A DNA stretch of 64,000 bases, from positions 44,640,001-44,704,000 of the forward strand of contig NC_043014.1 in the NCBI RefSeq assembly GCF_006345805.1, written 5' to 3'. Made by a program: the position numbers and the translations under genes. Within the stretch, counting starts at the first letter, position 1; each line of letters opens with the position of its first letter. Positions 52,757 through 64,000 of this stretch are shown one piece after another. The notes under the pieces were generated by a model. That model had not been told where the DNA came from. It made no database searches and saw only the letters and a list, made by a program, of their open reading frames with translations. Source of the DNA: Octopus sinensis. Taxonomy: Eukaryota.

Positions 52757-52775
52757 AAGATAGATAGATGGATAA

Positions 52776-52847
<72 letters not shown>

Positions 52848-52871
52848 GCACACAAATAGACAGGTAGACAA

Positions 52872-52912
<41 letters not shown>

Positions 52913-53147
52913 CACACAAATAAATAGGTAGAGAGAGAGAGAGAGAGACCGGCACACAAATAGACAGGTAGACAAATAGATAGATAGAGAGAGATAGATA
53001 GATAGACAGGCACACAAATAGACAGGTAGACAAATAGATAAATAGATAGATAGAGAGAGAGAGATAGACAGGCACACAAATAGATAGGTAGACAAATAGA
53101 TAAATAGATAGATAGAAAGAGAGATAGATAGACAGGCACACAAATAG

Positions 53148-53192
<45 letters not shown>

Positions 53193-53420
53193 CCGGCACA
53201 CAAATAGACAGGTAGACAAATAGATAGAGAGATAGAGAGAGAGAGATAGACCGGCACACAAATAGACAGGCACACAGATAGGTAGACAAATAAATAAATA
53301 GATAGATAAAGAGAGAGAGAGAGAGAGAGACAGGCACACAAATAGACAGGTAGACAAATAGATAGATACGTAGAGAGAGAGAGAGAGAGATAGGCAGGTA
53401 GACAAATAGATAGATAGATA
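52757..53420. repeat. Compound satellite: (GATA)n/(GA)n blocks alternating with a ggcacacaaatagacaggtagacaaatagat motif
   Basis: About ten motif copies; source of three 225-259 aa spurious ORFs. Confidence 0.9.
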
Positions 53421-54027
53421 TAACACCGAAGGCGAATTTTCATATGGAGAATTTGTTTTGTTCTTTTTACCGCCGCGTTAACCATGATCAAACATAGACC
53501 GACCACCTACGATCAAAGGCATTCTAACCGTGACCGTCTCCTCTTGTCAGACAGCTTCTCTTAGACAGCATTTATCCAATATACCCTTCCGTTCATTTTC
53601 ATTTTTATTTTTACGGTGTGATTTCGAAAAGAGACTTTTAGCCGGTCGCGTGATCAATCACATAGAGAGCCTTATGGTACTCAGCTGTTTCGGCTAACTG
53701 CCCCCCCCCCCCCCACCACCACCACCACCACACACACGTATGTATACGGAACAAACGTGATGAACCTTTGTGCGGTCGCTCCAGCTGCTAGAACTAACTA
53801 CCAAATCTTCTTTAAATCACATCTTAACATCGTAAGAAAGAAAAAAAAAAACAAAAGCGTAGAGGGGAAACAACATTGGACGACAATATAGTCTTTTGGT
53901 GTACGAAAATGACCGGATTTTCTCAGCTAGAATATCTTTAATCTCAGAGGTGTTCATTCAGAGCTGACTTGGGATGTATGTACAGTAATCACAGCAAAAA
54001 CGACTATTGTTTAACCCCGGTCAACTA

Positions 54028-54421
54028 TCTCTCTCTATATATAAAGCTGAAGTTGTTCGTGTATGGCAGGTTTGGCAGCTTTCAACTAACACTATCTCCT
54101 CTGAGGACCCTGCGGCACAAGTTGACCAAAATTGAGAGTATGATAGAAGAAGGCTTGCTCTTCCTTCCGTAGAAGAAAAAATTCAAATCGGACCATGTTA
54201 ACACCAAAAATTATTTACATCAAAATGGTGCTTTTTTTCTATGAAAATCCCTATTTTTTACGATATTTGACTGCTGTGTCGCCATTTTTCGGTGTATTTC
54301 AACCAGAAAAATGTTCACTTAAAGAGAATAACAAGCTACATAATGCAAAAGTTTTACTTTTCAAAAATTCCAATTCTAAAGGGTCGAAACAAACCCGAGC
54401 AACGCCGGGCGATACTGTTAG
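54028..54421 (+). mobile_element. Non-autonomous Helitron-type element
   Basis: 5' tctctctctatatataaag; 3' GC hairpin cccgagcaacgccggg followed about 8 nt later by TTAG/T (CTAG-like end). Confidence 0.7.
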
Positions 54422-54707
54422 TTATCAATAAGGAAAGAAAGACATCCTTGCTCCAAAATTTTCAGGAATATATCTAGAACTACATAATCTTTTGATGAAA
54501 AGGCATTCTTGCTTCATCATTTTTAGAAGTGCGTCTGTCTAAGACTACATTATCCAATATTCCACCCCCCACTCCCATTTAATATGGTAGAGTGCAAGTT
54601 CGATAAGATTTCGCTGCTATTTCTAGCAAATCGAACGACCACGTATAGGCTCACTTGTTGGCTCCTGTATACAAGTGGGACAGTTATTCAAAACAGAATG
54701 AAATAGA

Positions 54708-54929
54708 CCCACTGCGTGGCACTTTGGGCAAGTGTCTTCTACTATAGCCTCGGGCCGACCAAAGTCTTGTAAGTGGATTTGGTAGACGGAAACTAAAAGA
54801 AGCCCATCGTATATATGTATATATATATATATATGTGTGTGTATATACGTTTGTGCGTCTGTGTTTGTTCCCCCAACATCACTTGACAACCGATGCTGGT
54901 TTGTTTACGTCCCCAAAACTTAGCAGTTC
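54708..54929 (+). mobile_element. SINE family A, truncated at both ends
   Basis: cccactgcgtggcac...cttagcagttc. Confidence 0.8.
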
Positions 54930-55064
54930 AATATGCCAAAGAAAGGCAAAAAATGGTTAAAGGTAAGTTGTATTAATCCTGTAACGTCTGAATAAATTAA
55001 GTGTTAAGATATTTCTTCGTGTTTCTCAATCCCTGAAAAGTGTATACATTTTTGGGGTGAAATC

Positions 55065-55640
55065 TGTATATGGGCCAACTATCTAAGATGGAATCGCTCC
55101 AAAGAAATTTTACCTCATACTTCTCAGAAACGAGGGACCTGGACTATTGGCAAAGACTCAAAACCTTGAGGATGTACTCAATAAAAAGAAGATTTGAGCG
55201 ATACCGAATTATATACATTTGGAAAATGATAGAGCAAAAGGTGCCAAACTTTGGTATCAAAACCTACCACTCACTGCGCCACGGAAGACGCTGCCAGCTA
55301 CCACCAATCAACAAAAAGTCTGGCCAGGCAGCAAAAACCCTGCGAGAATCAAGTCTGTTGGTTCGAGGAGCACAACTATTCAACTCCATTCCGGTACATG
55401 TCAGAAATCTATCAGGATGCAGTGTGGAATCATTCAAATTGCAGCTGGATAGATACTTAAGCACCATTAGAGATTAACCCCATCTCCCAGGATATACACA
55501 ATGAGCACAAACTCGCTCCTACACATGTCAAAATTAAACAGAGAATACAACCTCGCAACCACACCAGACTCTGAGGGTGGAGTCTTCGACTTGGCCTGAG
55601 CATGGACTCAAACTCAAATGAAATGAAATGAAATGAAATG
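55065..55640 (+). mobile_element. 5'-truncated LINE (CR1/L2-group type) 3' end with open C-terminal frame and (AAATG)n tail
   Basis: ORF 55070-55477 ESLQRNFT...LDYWQRLKTLRMYSIKRRFERYRIIYIWKMI...GAQLFNSIP...FKLQLDRYLSTI. Confidence 0.85.
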
Positions 55641-56082
55641 TTGCATGAGTGTGTGTGTGTTTCTGTCTCTTTGTCTTGGTCTCATGTGATGGTTGTACAC
55701 AAGAGTCAACATCATACAAGCAATATCCTTTGTTTTCAATCTTCTGTGAAGATATGCCTGGCCATGGAGAAATATTGCCTAGCTTGGAAATACATAAGGC
55801 AATGGGAAGGGCATCTAGGCATAGAAAATCTGTCCCAATAAATTCCAGCTAATTCATGTGAATTGGGAAATTCAAACATTAAAGCAATGGTGATAATGAT
55901 GATCACACACACACACACATATATATATAACAGGCTCCTTACAGTTTTTGTCTACCAAAACCACTCACAAGGTTTGAGTAGGTTTGATGATATAGTAGAA
56001 GACACTTACCTAAGGAGCAAGGAGTCACACAGTGGGACTGAACTCACGGCCATGTAGTTGGGAAGCGAACTTCTTAACCATA

Positions 56083-56570
56083 GGCGCAGGAATGGCTGTG
56101 TGGTAAGTAGCTTGCTTACCAACCACATGGTTCTGGGTTCAGTCCTACTGCGTGGCATCTTGGCAGGTGTCTTCTACTGTAGCCTTGGGCCGACCGAAGC
56201 CTTGTGAGTGGATTTGGTTGATGGAAACTGAAAGAAGCCTATCGTGTGTGTGTGTATATATATATATGTATGTACGTGTGTGTATATGTTTGTGTGTCTG
56301 TTTGTCCCCCCAACATCTCTTGACAACCTATGCTGGTGTGTTTACGTCCCCGTCACTTAGCAGTTCGGCAGAGAGATCAATAGAATAAGTACTAGGCTTA
56401 CAACAAATAAGTCCTGGGGTCGATGTTTTTGACTAAAAGTCTGCAGGTATTAAATCAGGGGAATGCGCAGGAAACACAACTGCATCTCTTCATCCTATCC
56501 ATTGTCCTTACAAACTCTCGCTCCAGCATGGCCACAGTCAAATGACTGAAACAAATAAAAGAAAAAAAAT
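56083..56570 (+). mobile_element. SINE family A, head-to-head with a minus-strand degenerate A head (~55925-56082), carrying an ~80-bp foreign insert
   Basis: ggcgcaggaatggctgtgtgg head; insert 56439-56519 between gactaaaa and gctccagcatgg. Confidence 0.85.
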
Positions 56571-56605
56571 GTAAATTTAACTTTATCTTTTCTTTCTACT
56601 TTCAG

Positions 56606-56733
56606 ATTCTTGATTCCATAGAACATGTGGCTTAGCTGAGATTTGATCCATTTCCACTGGTCTTGTGTCTCAGTTGTTACCGACTAAGATATGCTGCCAC
56701 ATTAACCTGGTCGTTGTCATTGGTTAATTCCAG
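56606..56733 (+). other. Candidate non-coding (UTR or lncRNA) exon, 128 nt
   Basis: Very strong acceptor ctttatcttttctttctactttcag and donor CAG/gtgagc; stops early in all three frames. Confidence 0.4.
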
Positions 56734-57641
56734 GTGAGCCCTGACCGAAAAAATCTAGCATCAAAGGTATTTCATACCAGCTATGACTATCCTATTCTTC
56801 ACTCTGGCAGTATGATTTGAGGGATATTTGGCTGTTATTTTGTTTTAAAAATATAAGATTGTGGAAGTCTCGAAGTATCAAATGGATTTAGGAGTATAAC
56901 TGTTCCAAACCATAATATAAAGAACTAAAAAGAAAATTTGAAAAATCATTAATAAAAAAAAAGAAATCAAATTTCATCATACTCATGTTTTTATTATAAC
57001 ATATTTGAAAGAAAAGTTGTTCCTCCTTATGCACTTACACACACACACAAACACACACACATCCATGTACATACATATATATATTGCAATATCCAGGGCT
57101 TCATTATTTCTGAAGGAGGAGCCCCCTCCCTGGATTCCTTCCACCGCTGTCTGTCTCTACCAGTCATGGCTATGTAGACTTCAGGTCAGTGGTTTTCAAC
57201 CAGGGTTCCGCGGAACCTTAGGGTTCTGCCATTACAGTCCAGGGGTTCCGCAAGAAGTTACAAAACTGCTAAAATCAGCAGTAGTTTTTAAGTCTCCTGT
57301 GCAGATATGTGTGCATAAAACTATCAAATTATTGCACAGGGGTTCCTCGAGCCAGTGGAATGTTTCCTTGGGATTCCGCTCCTGCAAAAAGGTTGAAAAG
57401 CACTGCTTCAGGTAGTAAGTGAAACCATCTCACTATCTTGTCTTAGGCCATCCTCTTGATCTGTCCATTGTTTTGGTGTCTATTCTGTCACCCTGATTGT
57501 CCATCTGTTGTCTTTCAGTCATGCAATGTACCTAACCCATTTGTATTTGTTGTCTTTGATGGTTCCCATGATGTTATTAACACTTGTGTGCTGTTCAATC
57601 CAGGCATTGGTTTTCTTGGCTTGCAATATATCTGCCGCCTC

Positions 57642-58050
57642 GATGCCAGTGCTGCCAGACTGGCACCCATGCCAGTCACACTTAAAAAGCACCAGTTGAG
57701 TGTGACCATTACCAGTGCTGCCTGACAGGCACCCGTGCCAGTGGCACTTAAAAAGCATCAGTTGAGTGTGGCCGATGCCATTGCTGCCTGACTGGCTCCT
57801 GTTCCGGTAGCACTTAAAAAGCATCAGTTGAGCGTGGCCATTGCCAGTGCCGCCTGACTGGCCCCCATGGCAGTGACACGTAAAAAGCACTTACAACACT
57901 CTCAGAGTTGTTGGCATTAGGAAGGGCATCCAGCTGTAGAAACCTTACCATATCAGACAGGAGCCTGGGGCAGCCTCCTGGCTTGCTAGTACTCAGTCAA
58001 ACTGTCCAACCCATACCAGCATGGAAAGTGGACGTTAAACGATGATGATA
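57642..58050 (+). mobile_element. Family F with four 66-bp tandem subrepeats
   Basis: Units at 57642, 57708, 57774, 57840, then standard body and tail. Confidence 0.85.
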
Positions 58051-58153
58051 TACATACATACATATATATTACATACCTATATATTCAACATGATATGGCC
58101 ATAAGCAGCCATATAATGTTGAAGGCACTAGTTCTCTTCTGCTCATAATATTT

Positions 58154-58503
58154 TGTCTACCCCTCTGGCTAATCTGACATGTCATGTAATGTTATGGGTT
58201 TGTCTGCCCCTCTGGCTAATCTGACATCAACCCATAACATTACATGACATGTCAGATTAGCCAGAGGGGCAGACCAACCCATAACATTCCATGACATGCC
58301 AGATTAGCCAGAGGGGCAGACAAACCCATAGCATTACATGACATATCAGATTAGCCAGAGGGGTAGACCAACCCATAACATTACATGACATGTCAGATTA
58401 GCCAGAGGGGCAGAAAACCCATAACATTACATGACATGTCAGATTAGCCAGAGGGGCAGACCAACCCATAACATTACATGACATGTCAGGTAGCCAGAGG
58501 GGG
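58154..58503. repeat. 47-bp minisatellite with an orientation switch at ~58227
   Basis: Unit caacccataacattacatgacatgtcagattagccagaggggcagac about six times forward, about 1.6 units reversed on the left. Confidence 0.95.
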
Positions 58504-58509
58504 TTTCTG

Positions 58510-59460
58510 TCCACTTTTCATGCAACAATCAAAAGAATTCATCTTTAGCTTTAGGTAGAGTTTTTCGTATAGCTCTATCTCATATACTCCAAAGATTTTC
58601 AATTGGGTTCATGTCAAGAGATTGGCTGGGCCAAGGAAGCTTTTTCATCTGATTTTCAGTCAGCCATTCTTGATTCCTTTTCGCTGTATGGCATGGAGCC
58701 CCATCTTCCATGAATAAAAACTCATTTTTCATTATGTCATTATGTGAATACATCGGAAGTAGTCCTTGCTTAAGTATTTCAATGTATTTTTCAGAGTTCC
58801 AACACATTCCATCAGCTCAGAACAACCATTGCTGGTGACAGCTTCCCCTAACATTACTGAGATACCGCCATGTTTCACAGTTGGTTGGAGTTGTTTCAAA
58901 TCAAATTCTTGACTGGGAAGCCTCCAGACCCAACACATCTACTGTCTGAAAATAATGCAAATCTGGGTTCATCTGAGAAAATCACTCTATCCTAAAATGA
59001 ACTGGATTTTTCTGGCATCTCTTCATTTCTTTCTTTTCATGATATTAATTGGTTGAAGGAGAGGTTTTCTTCTAGCAGCTCTTCCATAATATCCAAGCTT
59101 ATGCAGATATGTAGCACACGTTCTTGGACTAACTTCTAGCTGTTTTGCAATATCAGAAGCCTTTTAACGGGGTTTTTTTCCACAATTCTCTTCAAACAGC
59201 GAAGCTTCCTTTCCAAGGGCCCAGGTCAGCTGGGACGAGAATCTGTTGATTTTTTCCTTGGCTTTTGAATTGCACTATAATTCTATTTACAGTAGCAAAA
59301 GGAATTTGAAGATTTTTGGCAGTTTTTCGCTGGCAAAAACCAGCCTCAGATTGCCCAACAATACGACCTCTTTGAAAATCTGACAGTTCTGCTGGATTTT
59401 TTGTGCATGGCATGGTTACTCTTTGCAAATGTTTAATATAATGGCACCTGGAATGAAAAT
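58510..59460 (-). pseudogene. Tc1-family DDE transposase, frameshifted
   Basis: HTH AELSDFQRGRIVG; [10 protein letters not shown]; FMEDGAPCHTAK...WPSQSLDMNPIENLW. Confidence 0.9.
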
Positions 59461-59475
59461 GAATAATTACATTGT

Positions 59476-59670
59476 ATGTTTGTCTATCTGTGTTTGTCCC
59501 CCGCCATCGATTAACAAACTGATGTTGGTGTGTTTAAGTTTTCCGTACATTAGCAGTTCGGCAAGAAGACCGATGGAATGACTTACAAAGAATAAGTCCT
59601 GGGGTTGATTTGTTCGACTAAAAGCATGGCCGCAGTCAAATGACTGAAACAAGTAAAAGAATAAAAGAAC
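59476..59670 (+). mobile_element. SINE family A 3' half at the 5' break of the Tc1 remnant
   Basis: tgtgtttgtccccc...aagtaaaagaataaaagaac. Confidence 0.8.
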
Positions 59671-59677
59671 ATATATA

Positions 59678-59900
59678 CACAAGAGGTACTGAAAAGTTCC
59701 TGACTTTAAGGGTATCATGAAAAGTGTGGTTGGCGTCCCAACCTTCTGAGTTCTTTTACAGGGATTAGAAAAATTGAAGGGCCACTGCAATAAGCATGAG
59801 AGTCTGAAAATGGAATATGCTGAATAAAATCTTAAGTAACTGATCCACCTATATTTCCTTTTACCCAAAGCCAAGAACTTTTCAGCCCCGCTCCCACTCG
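59678..59900. mobile_element. Mariner-derived MITE
   Basis: TIRs ...ctgaaaagttcctgacttt and aaagccaagaacttttcag..., flanked by TA dinucleotides. Confidence 0.7.
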
Positions 59901-59927
59901 TATATATGTATATATATATATATATAT

Positions 59928-59993
<66 letters not shown>

Positions 59994-59995
<2 letters not shown>

Positions 59996-60330
59996 GTTGG
60001 GTTGTCCAGAAAGTTTGAGCCAATTTATAGTAGCCTACCTTTCAACTTATTTTAGAACATGGTTGAGTCCATAAAATAGGATTTGACTACACCATTTAGA
60101 GCACAGTTTAAGCTAACTTTTCATGGAAGAAGGTTTATTCCAAAATTCCAGTCTTATCGAACCTGTTAAAAATATTTTGCTCCTGAAAAATGGAGGTCAT
60201 GGAGCTCTAAAATGTGAGAGTTAAGGCCCCTGTTGGGGGTGGGCATCTTAATGTCGACCAGAGAAGTTGAATTGTTGAGAATCTTTTTAACTTGGGTTTT
60301 ATATCTATTGCTTGAATTTCTTTGAAATAG
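59994..60330 (-). pseudogene. Very decayed mariner 3' end and TIR
   Basis: TA-cgttgggttgtccagaaagt TIR-like end; reverse-strand GINLLP resembles the mariner GI..LP.RW block. Confidence 0.45.
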
Positions 60331-61399
60331 GAAATATATGTTCACTGGGTTTGTAAAAGAGAGCAAAGCTACAGGAAACCAAAAGACGAATGATCACAAT
60401 AAGCAGTCAGCTACCCTACCGTAGTCGTTACCACCCCCAATGTAGGATTCCTCACCATCAAGGTGACAGCCACAGCCATAGCCATAAGATGCATTATGAA
60501 TCTATAGCAATTGGAAGGGCGTGACCCAACTGAAATAAACATTAACAACTGTGTGACGTGAGGGCTAAGGAGAAATGAAAGTGTCACCTCTGGAGTTTGC
60601 AAATGACCACTATACTGATACGTAACTGGACAGAATAAATTTACAATCTATAAATGTCTATGAATAACCAGTCACTCATCTGGGAAGGCCTTGAAATCAA
60701 TGTTACCATCTGGGGACTATGTGTGGCCCAGTAATAATAAAAAGACTGAAAAGAGGTCTGCAATCGAATAACTTTACTCAACACTTTGCAATTGAATCAG
60801 TGGAGGCAAAGATGCCTCTCATTTACTTGACAATTTATGCACCACATTGCAGAAATCACAATGTCAAACTGTTACACTGTTGAGGAAGGAAGGAAGACGG
60901 TGTGGAGATAGACTCTTACAGTTGCACTCTACTGATGGTGTATTTCTCTTGCAAACGACCAACAGCCAATATTATATTTGCGATCTATTCCACCATCTAC
61001 TTCTACTTTCACTATAGTTTGTTTTACAATCTTCGTCACTTTTAAGAAAAGATTACTGATAGAGGACATTTGCAGCAACGCATGCGGGCAATGCAAGGGT
61101 ATGTCTTGGACAGTTGCTGAAATTACATCTAAAATTAGTATCGTTATATATCTAGACAATAAAGTGTTAAATCAAATAATTTAATTCACAACGTCAGTAG
61201 TATATAAATAAGTTTCTTGTGGCCCCTCGCCTACCTTCTTAATAAAAAGAAACTGAAATTGAAGGGAAATAACAACGGACAGCTAAAAATTTTGAGTCTA
61301 AGGGAAGTAACTGTTATTACTAATAACGAAGCTGATTAAGAATAAAACCACGAAACATTCATCTAAAGGTAAAGAATATATGCAGGTTCGCTAGCAATT

Positions 61400-61836
61400 G
61401 TACTTAATCTTAGAGGCTTGTGATGGACATAAATATCAAGGCCACAAATTTGTCTAAAAATAAAAGTGAAATAGATCTCCATGTGTCCAACACACGTGGA
61501 CATGCCTACGAAGTCAGAAAACAGCACAGCTCCCATGACTTTCGGAAACATTTTTTCACGCTAAGAGTTGCTGAAGCATGGAATAAACTGCTTGCGTCAG
61601 TTGTTGACTGCCATGACACTGCATCCTTTAAGGCCCTCATGCTTTCCGAAATCCGCCGAAACTACACCTGATTTTCTCCCCCTTCCATACTCATACACAT
61701 ATGTGTATGTCATGACTCATGCACTGTTCCTTTTCCTGACGCTTGTACATTACCCTATTTACTATACATACACTTTAGATTGAGTTGTGGTGCACCTGAG
61801 CACTGTACACAATGTTTTATTATTATTATTATTATT
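61400..61836 (+). mobile_element. CR1-like LINE 3' end with (ATT)n tail
   Basis: NTRGHAYEVRK...RKHFFTLRVAEAWNKL motif; tail ttattattattattattattag. Confidence 0.85.
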
Positions 61837-62945
61837 AGACTGGTTATTTTATGTAGAAGAGAAATCACTTTTCAATCTTAGAGCATGCACCTAGTTGTGT
61901 GTTTCTTTAAAATTTATATTTATGAACATTTGCATCTTGTTCTGCTTATCTTTTTTAAAACTTTACAGAGAGAGAGAGAGACGCAGGCGTTACTGTATGG
62001 TTAAGAAGTTTACTTCCTAAACACATGGTCTTCTACTATGGACCCAAACTGGCCAAAGTCTTCTGATTTGCATTCCATACACCAGCTTCACCCTTCTACT
62101 TATCACATTTCGGATCTTTTCGGTTTGAACGGCAGTTTTTTCTAGCGGTGTCATATGAAATTGTCACCCATAATTATGACCCTAGTATCGATCTATTGCA
62201 TTTCAATCTGTTTTAGGGTTAGGAGTGGGGGGAAGGGTATTTTTTTTTCTTAACAAATGTAAATAAACCCAATCTGTTTCTTAAACGAGGGATATATTCA
62301 TACGGCACAGAATGTTTTTTTTTTACCTCAATAGACGTCAGTGATTGGTTGAAATTGCAGAAATTGAAGAAAAACAACAACAAATATCTTACAAACTATA
62401 GAATTTTCTCAATAAAGCCAAGATAAAAAGATGTTTTATAAACACATTCTACCAATATACGAAGTTTAAAAGTGTTTAGTTACGTGGAAATTAGAGCTTG
62501 GCTGTGCAACTAATCTAAAAGCATTGTAATGGTACAGCCAGAGTGAACAAATGCTCGCTTTGACTATACAATTACAATGCTTAAACTGATCCTTGATTTC
62601 AGAGAAATTACATATGAAGAATGTGTATTGAGCCTTAGCAGGAAATCATAAGCAACTTCTCACTATTTTTTGCTTTAGATACAAAAATTCTAACCTTTTC
62701 TCTTTGATACCAGATTTTAAGTTTAGTTTTTTCCCCCAAAAGCATACTTTAACTCTTCAGTTATTGTAGGATATAGGACATCTTTTAGCTTGATGACTGC
62801 AGTGATACCACATAAAGTAAGGAATTTTAGTTTTAACTAGTTCAGGCTTTGTAACATAGCATTTCATGCTATTCCATATATGGCTTCTCACATTCTCTGC
62901 TACTCCCTACATTTCCATTGTTCTTATTATCCAGGAGTTTGGTAT

Positions 62946-62946
<1 letters not shown>

Positions 62947-62997
<51 letters not shown>

Positions 62998-63350
62998 CCA
63001 CATTCACCACCACCACCACCACCACCACTACCACCACCACCACTACCACCACCACCAACACCACCAACACCACCAACACCAACACCACCACCACCTCTAT
63101 CACTACCACCACTACCATCACCACATCCACCACCACCACCACCACTATCACCAACACTACCACCACCACCACTACCACCACCACCACTACCACCACCACC
63201 AACACCACCAACACCACCAACACCAACACCACCACCACTATCACTACCACCACCACCACTACCATCACCACATCCACCACCACCACCACTATCACCACCA
63301 CCACCACCACCACCACCACCACTACTACCAATACTACTACTACTACTACT
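62947..63350. repeat. Compound (CAT)n/(CAC)n/(TAC)n trinucleotide repeat with ~145-bp higher-order duplication
   Basis: acaccaccaacaccaccaacaccaac at ~63057 and ~63201; catcaccacatccacc at ~63116 and ~63263. Confidence 0.9.
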
Positions 63351-63605
63351 AAAAAATTACACAATTTTTTTATTAAAATGCATTTGGTTTTTGCTAGATT
63401 AAAGTTTTACCGGCGAGTGTGTTACATTATAAGGCACAAAAAGAAAATGACTCTCCCCAGCCACAACAGAATATGCTTCAACACACGAACTCATAAAAAG
63501 AATCTTGCAAACCAAATCCCAAAACGAAATAGATTAAAGTTGTTTTATTAAATTTCCAGACATGTCCTCAAATACCTCCCTCACACTGCATTGTTATCAA
63601 TATAT

Positions 63606-63824
63606 ACTCTTTTACTCTTTTACTTGTTTCAGTCATGTGACTGTGGCCATGCTGGAGCACCACCTTTAGTCAAGCAAATCGACCCAGGACTTATTCTTTG
63701 CAAGCCTAGTACTTATTCTATCGGTCTCTTTTTGCCGAACCACTAGGTGACGGGGACGTAAACACACCAGCATCGGTTGTCAAGCGATGTTGGGGGGGGG
63801 GGGACAAACACAGACACACAAACA

Positions 63825-63866
<42 letters not shown>

Positions 63867-64000
63867 CGATGGGCTTCTTTCAGTTTCCGTCTACCAAATC
63901 CACTCACAAGGCTTTGGTCGGCCCAGGGCTATAGCAGAAGACACTTGCCCAAGGTGCCATGCAGTGGGACTGAACCCGGAACCATGTGGTTGGTAAGCAA
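63606..64000 (-). mobile_element. SINE family A (head runs off window end)
   Basis: ctcttttactcttttacttg tail through gaacccggaaccatgtgg. Confidence 0.85.

Noticed and set aside
52660-53506. Three 225-259 aa YLSI/LSLS-rich ORFs
   Set aside because: Translations of the GATA/GA compound satellite
58228-58503. Regularly spaced repeats resembling a CRISPR array
   Set aside because: Units are contiguous and near-identical with no unique spacers; eukaryotic context with no cas genes
62866-63551. Long poly-Pro, poly-Thr, poly-His and poly-Val ORFs
   Set aside because: All are readings of one (CAT)/(CAC)/(TAC) trinucleotide array open in several frames on both strands; no unique coding context

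Overview
AT-rich, microsatellite-saturated eukaryotic genomic DNA. The repeat families present (several tRNA-headed SINEs, RTE and CR1/L2-group LINE remnants, Penelope-like elements, Tc1/mariner, a Helitron-type element) point to a coleoid cephalopod, most likely Octopus. This is inferred from repeat content and was not verified by search. No intact, recognisable protein-coding gene was found. Nearly all long ORFs in the track are translations of (TA)n/(TG)n/(GATA)n/(CAC)n repeats or of SINEs, and the rest are decayed transposon ORFs. A few isolated exon-like segments with strong splice signals and a CpG-rich RFX/CRE-type promoter candidate (~48.2 kb) suggest one or more long-intron transcripts. 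The most interesting signal is a set of minimal hammerhead-ribozyme-like motifs of the type carried by Penelope-like elements. Two carry the compensatory U3-A8 core swap and two carry U4C. There is also a series of near-perfect fold-back hairpins, three of which are built from sequence at or just 3' of such ribozyme cores, usually sitting in TA microsatellites. SINE family labels A-F are mine. Coordinates were read by eye; treat ends as approximate (about +/-10 nt; larger for decayed elements).
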